64,000 nucleotides of DNA. Origin: a virus (lineage: Duplodnaviria > Caudoviricetes). The DNA is taken from positions 31,902 to 95,901 of IMG/VR virus record IMGVR_UViG_3300044266_000273. One strand, 5' to 3'. The notes under the pieces were generated by a model that saw nothing but the letters and a program-made list of their open reading frames with translations, was not told the DNA's origin and searched no databases. Shown here piece after piece: positions 9,876 through 15,577 of this stretch (positions are counted from its first letter, which is position 1; the number at the start of each line of letters is the position of its first letter). A program made the position numbers and the translations under genes.

Positions 9876-10304
9876 ATGAAACAGAAATTTCGTGATGTTT
9901 ATATGAAAACGGCCGAGGTGTTCGCTGAACTATCCTCGGCTCGCAGACTTCATGTTGGTGCGATTGTTGTAAAAGATGACCGCATCATTTCTATTGGTTA
10001 CAATGGCATGCCATCTGGTTGGGACAATAACTGTGAGATTGAATTGAAACAACCAGTTAATCGTGTGAATTTGGTTACAAAACCAGAGGTGCTTCATGCT
10101 GAAACAAATGCAATCGCTAAGTTGGCAAAATCTACTGAATCTGGCAGCGGTGCTACTCTTTTTGTCACTCATGCTCCTTGTCTGGAATGCGCCAAGTTGG
10201 TTTATCAGTCTGGTATTAATTCTGTGTACTATAGGAATAGTTACCGTGATACGAATGGCCTGGATTTCCTACAAAAATGCAATGTTACAGTGGAAAAAAT
10301 TTGA
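9876..10304 (+). CDS. cd: dCMP deaminase
   Basis: GYNG, HAETNAI and PCLEC motifs. Confidence 0.93.
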   Translation: MKQKFRDVYMKTAEVFAELSSARRLHVGAIVVKDDRIISIGYNGMPSGWDNNCEIELKQPVNRVNLVTKPEVLHAETNAIAKLAKSTESGSGATLFVTHAPCLECAKLVYQSGINSVYYRNSYRDTNGLDFLQKCNVTVEKI

Positions 10305-10374
10305 AGAAGACATGTGGAGGATGTTGTAGACCTAAATACTGGCATTGAGTTTGCGAAAACTTACTGGAGAACCC

Positions 10375-10881
10375 ATGAAAGTTAAGGTAACTAATTGTCC
10401 AGATAAAGATTTTAAACCTTATGTGGAAAAGGCAGTTACATTTTTCGCCGAACAGTTGATAACAAATACCAGAATACGCAATAATTGCCACACTACAGTC
10501 CGATTTAATTCTGCACTGAAAGATTTTGGATCCGCAGTAGTCGCAGGAACAAACAGTAGAAAACAACCAAGAACTTTTATCATAGAAGTTCATCCTGGTA
10601 TACAAGTAAGAAATATATTGTCCACACTTGCACACGAAATGGTGCATATCAAACAATTTATATACGGTGAAACGAATGACCAACTTTCAGTATGGAAAGG
10701 TAAGAGAGTCAATTCGGAACAAATGGATTATTGGATACACCCTTGGGAAATAGATGCACATGGACGAGAAGTTGGATTGTCAACTAAGTTTGCAGTGGCC
10801 GAAAAATTATGGGATGTGTTTGATGGGTTCAAAAATCCAGATTTACCTATCGTATCTGTTCCTATAAAATGGAAAAAATAA
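10375..10881 (+). CDS. Putative zinc metallopeptidase
   Basis: LAHEMVH and PWEIDA motifs. Confidence 0.7.
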   Translation: MKVKVTNCPDKDFKPYVEKAVTFFAEQLITNTRIRNNCHTTVRFNSALKDFGSAVVAGTNSRKQPRTFIIEVHPGIQVRNILSTLAHEMVHIKQFIYGETNDQLSVWKGKRVNSEQMDYWIHPWEIDAHGREVGLSTKFAVAEKLWDVFDGFKNPDLPIVSVPIKWKK

Positions 10882-11385
10882 ATGAGCCACGTGAATTGGG
10901 GACACAAAACATATGGCGCTGAGAAGATAGAGGTTTTTCAGTGGGGTGAAGGTGCAAAATGTCACATAGGAAAATATTGTTCTGTTGCTGATAAGGTTAA
11001 AATATTTTTAGGTGGTGACCACAAAGTAAATTGGGTCAGTACATTTCCACACAAACAACAAACAGGAACAAAAGGTGATATAATTATTGGCAACGATGTT
11101 TGGTTGAGTCATGGTGTGACGATTATGTCTGGTGTAACCATAGGTGATGGCGCAATCGTAGCAGCCAACTCACATGTAGTGAAAAACATAGAGCCATATA
11201 CAATTTGTGGTGGCAATCCTGCAAAGTATATAAGACACAGATTTAGTGGTGATGTTATAGATTTGTTATTAAGATTAAAGTGGTGGGATCTGCATGACAA
11301 CCAGGTAAGTGAAATACATGATGTATTATGTGCCGAACCAAATTTAGAAGAATTGAAAAAAATAGTTGAGAAATACCAACGGTAA
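10882..11385 (+). CDS. Hexapeptide-repeat O-acetyltransferase (CatB/Vat-like fold)
   Basis: IGKYCS, IGNDVW, GVTIGDGA and GGNPAK motifs. Confidence 0.88.
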   Translation: MSHVNWGHKTYGAEKIEVFQWGEGAKCHIGKYCSVADKVKIFLGGDHKVNWVSTFPHKQQTGTKGDIIIGNDVWLSHGVTIMSGVTIGDGAIVAANSHVVKNIEPYTICGGNPAKYIRHRFSGDVIDLLLRLKWWDLHDNQVSEIHDVLCAEPNLEELKKIVEKYQR

Positions 11386-11432
11386 TTAAAAAAGTTTACT
11401 ATATACCTTTATAACTTTTGATGGAGTTTTAA

Positions 11433-11537
11433 TTGTTACACATATCCAAACCCGTTACAACCTGTGAGTATCGCACACCATTTATTGGTAGCGATAATCA
11501 GTCATGGCTACACGGCAAAGGGGTATGTGAAACCTAG
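11433..11537 (+). CDS. Possible 34-aa leader peptide (TTG start)
   Basis: GGAG RBS upstream; followed by a terminator. Confidence 0.3.
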   Translation: MLHISKPVTTCEYRTPFIGSDNQSWLHGKGVCET

Positions 11538-11565
11538 TAAAACCTAAAAAGTAAAAAAATTTCAC

Positions 11566-11596
11566 AAGCCCCACCCTAAAAAAGTGGGGTTTTTTG
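11566..11596 (+). terminator. Intrinsic terminator
   Basis: AAGCCCCAC/GTGGGGTTT hairpin with T run. Confidence 0.75.
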
Positions 11597-11681
11597 TTGC
11601 TTTTTTGCAACACACGTATTGACAAAGTTCTAGAACTGTGTATAATTCGTGATTCGTTCTTAAAAAATTTAAAGTAGTTTG
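11595..11681 (+). promoter_or_regulatory. tRNA operon promoter P1 with upstream palindrome and boxA-like leader
   Basis: TGTTG-N8-CAACA; TTGACA-16-TATAAT; 29-nt leader TTCGTTCTTAAAAAATTTAAAGTAGTTTG. Confidence 0.75.
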
Positions 11682-11682
11682 T

Positions 11683-11759
11683 AGCCGCTTCGCCAAGTCC
11701 GGTAAGGCACTTGATTTTGATTCAAGCATTCGGTGGTTCGAATCCATCAGCGGCTGCCA
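11683..11759 (+). tRNA. tRNA-Gln(TTG)
   Basis: Cloverleaf with encoded CCA. Confidence 0.9.
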
Positions 11760-11853
11760 TATTGAAGCACATTATAGTGACGCATGAGCAGGTCATTAAC
11801 TTCCGCTGGTTACGCCAATCGTAAGTGAGTGAAGATAGTGTGTTTCAATATGG
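11757..11853 (+). ncRNA. Stem-bounded cassette A1
   Basis: Arms CCATATTGAAGCACATT / AGTGTGTTTCAATATGG enclosing a unique 63-nt insert. Confidence 0.7.
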
Positions 11854-11859
11854 TTTATT

Positions 11860-11950
11860 GGAAACGTGGCAGAGTCCGGTTTATTGCAACAGTCTTGAAA
11901 ACTGTCGAGCGCATCATGCTCCGTGAGTTCGAATCTCACCGTTTCCGCCA
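11860..11950 (+). tRNA. tRNA-Ser(TGA)
   Basis: Cloverleaf with long variable arm and CCA. Confidence 0.92.
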
Positions 11951-11956
11951 ATTTTC

Positions 11957-12046
11957 CGAGAACGGGCAGGACGGTAATGCAGCGGATTGCTAATCCGTAG
12001 ATTCATGAAAATGGATCACAGGGTTCGACTCCCTGGTTCTCGGCCA
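11957..12046 (+). tRNA. tRNA-Ser(GCT)
   Basis: Cloverleaf with long variable arm and CCA. Confidence 0.9.
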
Positions 12047-12063
12047 AGTTGTGTTGCAACTGA

Positions 12064-12110
12064 TTTGAGGAACTCCCGTACACCTCAAAAAGAATGACAA
12101 AAAAACGGGG
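12064..12110 (+). ncRNA. Predicted H-type pseudoknot 1
   Basis: TTTGAGG/CCTCAAA stem; loop TCCCGT pairs with ACGGGG after an A-rich linker. Confidence 0.5.
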
Positions 12111-12114
12111 CCAT

Positions 12115-12206
12115 GCCAGCGAGACTTGGTAGTCAGAGAGGTCTTATAAGCCTTTTAGCGCCAGATTAGCGTTCTTGAGAGTGTTCGATTCACTCCGCTG
12201 GTACCA
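12115..12206 (+). tRNA. Atypical tRNA with TAT anticodon and long variable arm
   Basis: 7-bp acceptor stem, GACT-TGGT-AGTC D arm, CTTATAA loop, long V arm, CCA. Confidence 0.75.
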
Positions 12207-12211
12207 ATTAT

Positions 12212-12287
12212 GTGCGTGTGATCCGAATGGTTAGGAAGCGGATTGCAAATCCGTATTATGCAGGTTCGACTCCTGTCACGCACTCCA
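12212..12287 (+). tRNA. tRNA-Cys(GCA)
   Basis: Cloverleaf with U discriminator and CCA. Confidence 0.9.
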
Positions 12288-12292
12288 ATAAA

Positions 12293-12378
12293 TGTTGTAT
12301 TTGTACAACAGCTGGTTGACAAACCTTCCAGTTCATGTACAATACATCTTTCGTTCTTAAAAAATTTAAAGTAGTTTG
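12293..12378 (+). promoter_or_regulatory. tRNA operon promoter P2 with palindrome and identical boxA-like leader
   Basis: TGTTG-N8-CAACA; TTGACA-16-TACAAT; same 29-nt leader at 12350-12378. Confidence 0.75.
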
Positions 12379-12453
12379 CTCGGTTCGTCTATCGGTTTAG
12401 GACGCTAGCCTTTCACGCTGGAAAGACGGGTTCGACTCCCGTACCGAGTACCA
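12378..12453 (+). tRNA. tRNA-Glu(TTC)
   Basis: Cloverleaf with CCA. Confidence 0.92.
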
Positions 12454-12574
12454 TTTGTTTTGCTGATTGTAAGCCATGGGCTTGATCATGCCTGAGTAAC
12501 TATGTATATAATTGCGGTAATTCTAGACAATCCCGCATGAGCATAGCAAATAGTGCAGTCAGCAAAACAAATGG
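12451..12574 (+). ncRNA. Stem-bounded cassette B (different arm sequence)
   Basis: CCATTTGTTTTGCTGATTG / CAGTCAGCAAAACAAATGG, a 19-21 bp stem around a structured insert. Confidence 0.65.
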
Positions 12575-12580
12575 TAATAG

Positions 12581-12656
12581 GCGGGTATAACTCAGTTGGT
12601 AGAGTAACTGGCTTTTAACCAGTAAGTCCTCGGTTCGAGCCCGAGTGCCCGTACCA
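12581..12656 (+). tRNA. tRNA-Lys(TTT)
   Basis: Cloverleaf with CCA. Confidence 0.92.
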
Positions 12657-12663
12657 AGTTTTT

Positions 12664-12756
12664 GGGTGTCTTGATGCTAAGGCGTGTGCATCACCAGACT
12701 GTAAATCTGGTCCCTCGTGGTAAACATTCGCGGTTCGACTCCGTGGACACCCACCA
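12664..12756 (+). tRNA. tRNA-Tyr(GTA) with extended D arm
   Basis: CCAGA-CTGTAAA-TCTGG anticodon arm and CCA. Confidence 0.85.
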
Positions 12757-12765
12757 AATTATAAT

Positions 12766-12842
12766 GCCCTGGTGACGGAATTGGTATACGTGTTGGTCTT
12801 AGAAGCCAAATTTTGAGAGTTCGAGTCTCTCCTAGGGCACCA
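12766..12842 (+). tRNA. tRNA-Leu(TAG) with short variable loop
   Basis: 77-nt cloverleaf with CCA. Confidence 0.85.
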
Positions 12843-12918
12843 TATTGAAGCACATTCTTTGAGGTCTTGGTCGTTACCGGCGTATGCAAAAACGGCGACA
12901 GAGTGTGTTTCAATATGG
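12840..12918 (+). ncRNA. Stem-bounded cassette A2
   Basis: Same arms as A1 around a unique 45-nt insert. Confidence 0.7.
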
Positions 12919-12990
12919 TGAGAGTAAGGGTGGTATGTAGGTGTTCTCTCAACACTGAGGACTGGGATTCCCTGGCCAGCAACACTGGCG

Positions 12991-13070
12991 CCATATTGAA
13001 GCACATTATCAATGTAGGTTCGATTCCTCGCCATTGATCCGGTTGCTGGTGTTAGTGTGTTTCAATATGG
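12991..13070 (+). ncRNA. Stem-bounded cassette A3
   Basis: Same arms as A1 around a unique 46-nt insert with a T-loop-like hairpin. Confidence 0.7.
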
Positions 13071-13143
13071 TCTCAAAGTGTTCATGGACGCACGTATGCC
13101 TGTCACGCATAAAGAAGGGGATCGTTACCCCTTGGGACCGCCA
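13069..13143 (+). tRNA. tRNA-Asp(GTC)
   Basis: Cloverleaf with non-canonical T loop ATCGTTA and CCA. Confidence 0.85.
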
Positions 13144-13159
13144 TAAATATTTTTTCTAT

Positions 13160-13234
13160 TCCCCAATAGCTCAGTGGTAGAGCAAAGCACTGTTAATGCT
13201 TGGGTCCGAGGTTCGAAACCTTGTTGGGGAGCCA
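13160..13234 (+). tRNA. tRNA-Asn(GTT)
   Basis: Cloverleaf with CCA. Confidence 0.92.
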
Positions 13235-13240
13235 AATAAA

Positions 13241-13317
13241 CGGAGTGTAGCACAGCCTGGTAGTGCGCTTGCTTTGGGAGCAAGAGGTCCAAGGTTCGAA
13301 TCCTTGTACTCCGACCA
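13241..13317 (+). tRNA. tRNA-Pro(TGG)
   Basis: Cloverleaf with CCA. Confidence 0.93.
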
Positions 13318-13321
13318 ATCT

Positions 13322-13361
13322 CGCCTTGACTGACGGCGTACAGAAGGATAAATTGTCAGTT
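13322..13361 (+). ncRNA. Predicted H-type pseudoknot 2
   Basis: CGCC/GGCG stem; loop GACTGAC pairs with GTCAGTT downstream of GATAAAT. Confidence 0.45.
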
Positions 13362-13366
13362 TATAT

Positions 13367-13441
13367 GGGCTGCTAGTGATAATGGGAGCACGCCGGCTTT
13401 GCACGTCGGAGGTTGGAGTTCGATCCTCCAGCGGTCCACCA
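13367..13441 (+). tRNA. tRNA-Ala(TGC)
   Basis: Cloverleaf with G3-U70 pair and CCA. Confidence 0.9.
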
Positions 13442-13445
13442 TTAC

Positions 13446-13520
13446 GGTTCAATGACGTAGACGGATGCGTACCGGTTTCATAAGCCGAGGAGATTGGATC
13501 GTTACCAATTTGAACCACCA
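13446..13520 (+). tRNA. tRNA-Met(CAT), probably elongator
   Basis: Cloverleaf with TTCATAA loop, T loop ATCGTTA and CCA. Confidence 0.8.
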
Positions 13521-13525
13521 AATTT

Positions 13526-13600
13526 CGGTCTTTGGTGAAACGAATATCACGTAGGGCTACGGACCCTAAGTTAGGGGTTTGATTCCTCTAGGACCGGCCA
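13526..13600 (+). tRNA. tRNA-Arg(ACG)
   Basis: TAGGG-CTACGGA-CCCTA anticodon arm and CCA. Confidence 0.85.
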
Positions 13601-13602
13601 AA

Positions 13603-13676
13603 ACCCGCGTAGCTCAATGGTAGAGCAAAGTGCTGATAACGCTGAGACACAAGTTCGATTCTTGTCGTGGGTACCA
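13603..13676 (+). tRNA. tRNA-Ile(GAT)
   Basis: Cloverleaf with CCA. Confidence 0.88.
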
Positions 13677-13681
13677 GTAAT

Positions 13682-13755
13682 TCCGGGGTAGTATAATGGC
13701 AGTGCGGCGGTCTCCAAAACCGTTAGTGGGGGTTCGATTCCCTCTCCCGGAGCCA
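13682..13755 (+). tRNA. tRNA-Trp(CCA)
   Basis: Cloverleaf with CCA end. Confidence 0.9.
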
Positions 13756-13778
13756 ATATATAATAACAAGAGGTTAAT

Positions 13779-14261
13779 ATGAAAAAATTAGATATTGCTG
13801 AAGTTAAAAAATTCATTCAGGCACAAAGCCCTGATACTAAGATTTATCTTGGTGCTGATTCCGAACGTTTTAGAATGGACGGAAAATGGTATGCAGACTA
13901 CACTTTGGCAGTTGTTGTTCATATTAACGGCCGCCACGGGTGTAAGATTTTTGGTGAAGTTCAACGTGAGTTGGATTATGACCAAAAGAAAAGTAAGCCT
14001 GCATTACGTTTGATGAATGAAGTATATAAAGTTGCTGACTTGTTCAATCAACTTATTGATGTAATTGAAGATAGACACGTAGAAGTTCATTTAGATATTA
14101 ATCCTGATGAACACTTCGGTTCTTCATGCGTTATTCAACAAGCGATTGGTTATATTCGTGGCACATGTAACGTGGTGCCAATGGTTAAACCAAAAGCGTT
14201 TGCTGCGTCATATGCTGCTGACAGATTAAAACATGTCATGGCTATGTCTAAAGCTGCTTAA
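13779..14261 (+). CDS. RNase H-like YkuK (DUF458) family protein
   Basis: IYLGADS, RLMNEV, EVHLDIN and AASYAAD motifs; GAGG RBS. Confidence 0.8.
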   Translation: MKKLDIAEVKKFIQAQSPDTKIYLGADSERFRMDGKWYADYTLAVVVHINGRHGCKIFGEVQRELDYDQKKSKPALRLMNEVYKVADLFNQLIDVIEDRHVEVHLDINPDEHFGSSCVIQQAIGYIRGTCNVVPMVKPKAFAASYAADRLKHVMAMSKAA

Positions 14262-14264
14262 TAT

Positions 14265-14339
14265 GGTGTCTATGGTGTAGTGGAAGCATTACTCTCTGTG
14301 AAAGAGTAGGTACGAGGTCGGTACTCGTTAGACACCCCA
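14265..14339 (+). tRNA. tRNA-His(GTG)
   Basis: G-1:C73 pair, GTG anticodon and CCA. Confidence 0.88.
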
Positions 14340-14355
14340 ACAAAAGGAATAGATT

Positions 14356-14595
14356 ATGATCCCACTTAATAATAATGTAATTGTTAAACGTTCAGAAAAA
14401 AAGTTAACAACTGAATCTGGAATTATATTGCAACGAAATGATGATGCAGATTTTGCGGATGTTATTTCTGTTGGGCCAGATGTCGTTGATGTGACTGTCG
14501 GTGAAAAAGTGTTGTTGGATTGGAACAAAGCAATAAAAATTGACAAAGAAAATTTTAAAATTTCTGTTGACAACATTATTGCAGTTGCAGTATAA
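14356..14595 (+). CDS. groES: Co-chaperonin GroES
   Basis: PLNNNVIVK, TESGIIL and VGPDV motifs. Confidence 0.88.
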   Translation: MIPLNNNVIVKRSEKKLTTESGIILQRNDDADFADVISVGPDVVDVTVGEKVLLDWNKAIKIDKENFKISVDNIIAVAV

Positions 14596-14605
14596 TTAAC
14601 TCATC

Positions 14606-14679
14606 GCCTCCTTAGTTTAATGGTAGAACTCCGTCTTTACACGGCGGTTACGGCAGTTCGATTCTGTCAGGAGGCACCA
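14606..14679 (+). tRNA. tRNA-Val(TAC)
   Basis: Cloverleaf with CCA. Confidence 0.9.
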
Positions 14680-14682
14680 ACG

Positions 14683-14756
14683 GCTCTCATAGTATAAAGG
14701 TATTACACATCCTTGGTAAGGCTGAGACACAGGATCGTTACCTGTTGAGAGCACCA
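14683..14756 (+). tRNA. tRNA-Thr(GGT)
   Basis: Cloverleaf with T loop ATCGTTA and CCA. Confidence 0.85.
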
Positions 14757-14760
14757 ATAT

Positions 14761-14836
14761 GCCGCTATGGTGAAGGTGGTCCTCACGCTGGTCTGAAGTA
14801 CCAGAGAACTCTGATCGTAACAGAGTGGCGGCACCA
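14761..14836 (+). tRNA. tRNA-Phe(GAA)
   Basis: CTGGT-CTGAAGT-ACCAG anticodon arm, T loop ATCGTAA and CCA. Confidence 0.82.
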
Positions 14837-14838
14837 TA

Positions 14839-14913
14839 CTGGCGTTAGTTCAATGGACAGAACAGTAGCCTTCTAAGCTATTAATAGAGGTTCGATTCCT
14901 CTACGCCGGACCA
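14839..14913 (+). tRNA. tRNA-Arg(TCT)
   Basis: Cloverleaf with CCA. Confidence 0.92.
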
Positions 14914-14917
14914 ATTA

Positions 14918-15007
14918 GCCCGAATGGTGAAATAGGTAGACACAAGAGACTTAAAATCTCTCGCTTCCGAAAGGGGCGTGCCGGTTCGATTCCGGCTTCG
15001 GGCACCA
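14918..15007 (+). tRNA. tRNA-Leu(TAA)
   Basis: Cloverleaf with long V arm and CCA. Confidence 0.93.
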
Positions 15008-15025
15008 AGTTTACCAAAATTGTAC

Positions 15026-15054
15026 TTGACTTATTAAAAAATACACTATATAAT
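15026..15054 (+). promoter_or_regulatory. Internal sigma70-type promoter P3
   Basis: TTGACT-17-TATAAT. Confidence 0.65.
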
Positions 15055-15063
15055 AATGACATT

Positions 15064-15136
15064 GCGGGTGTTCTCCTGGGAGAGGACTTAGCCTTCCAAG
15101 CTAAAGAAGCCGGTTCGAATCCGACCACCCGCTCCA
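15064..15136 (+). tRNA. tRNA-Gly(TCC)
   Basis: Cloverleaf with U discriminator and CCA. Confidence 0.88.
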
Positions 15137-15144
15137 AAATTTAA

Positions 15145-15218
15145 GCCCTTTTAGTATAATGGCATTACGTCGGTTTTGTAATCCGAATACGGGAGTTCGA
15201 TTCTCTCAAGGGGCACCA
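15145..15218 (+). tRNA. tRNA-Thr(TGT)
   Basis: Cloverleaf with CCA. Confidence 0.9.
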
Positions 15219-15223
15219 AGATT

Positions 15224-15297
15224 GCGGGATTAGTTTATTGGTAAAACGAAACCTTGCCAAGGTTTAGTGATCAGTTCGATTCTGATATCCCGCTCCA
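15224..15297 (+). tRNA. tRNA-Gly(GCC)
   Basis: Cloverleaf with CCA. Confidence 0.9.
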
Positions 15298-15300
15298 GAA

Positions 15301-15495
15301 CGTGCCGTCTAATCAACGGCTAGTGTGACCCACATGACAGGAAGTGGCGTGATAACCACGGGTGGTAGTCTTTAAACCGAAAGGCCGCTGGCAATGCGTA
15401 AACGGCCCTTGTCGAGGAGCGGGTGGAAGGTATAGTGAGGGGCTAAAAGCCTGATGCATATACTACAATTACCGCCGAGGGGCGTCAGAGCATTT
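15301..15495 (+). ncRNA. Unclassified ~195-nt GC-rich structured RNA
   Basis: Multiple stems (GCCGT/ACGGC, GGTGGTAGT/ATTACCGCC, CC-GAAA-GG, GGCCG/CGGCC) between two tRNAs; no ORF in the track. Confidence 0.6.
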
Positions 15496-15500
15496 TATTT

Positions 15501-15575
15501 CGCGGGATGGGAAAGTAGAAATCCGCTTGGCTCATAACCAAGAGATCGGTGGTGCGAATCCACCTCCCGCAACCA
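15501..15575 (+). tRNA. Initiator tRNA-fMet(CAT)
   Basis: C1:A72 mismatch, CGCGGG 5' end, CTCATAA loop and CCA. Confidence 0.88.
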
Positions 15576-15577
15576 AA

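Noticed and set aside
10882-11385. Antibiotic-resistance gene (catB/vat)
   Set aside because: The hexapeptide fold is shared with sugar O-acetyltransferases, and the phage's glycan gene content makes that role more likely.
11757-12918. MITE/IS terminal inverted repeats
   Set aside because: The arms need G-U pairs to match, the interiors are unrelated, and no transposase or target-site duplication is evident; not fully excluded.
11757-13070. CRISPR array interpretation of the repeated arms with variable inserts
   Set aside because: The units are inverted arm pairs interleaved with tRNAs, the inserts vary from 45 to 63 nt and are structured, and there is no regular direct-repeat period or cas gene in the window.
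11562-15137. Minus-strand ORFs over the tRNA array (e.g. 12677..13012, 13171..13521, 14901..15137)
   Set aside because: They are antisense shadows of tRNA genes.
15301-15495. tmRNA or canonical RNase P RNA
   Set aside because: Too short for tmRNA, with no tRNA-like ends or tag ORF, and only loose similarity to RNase P conserved regions; left unclassified.
9168-15575. Stop-codon reassignment or selenocysteine system
   Set aside because: No CTA, TTA or TCA anticodon was found, and core genes are intact in the standard code.
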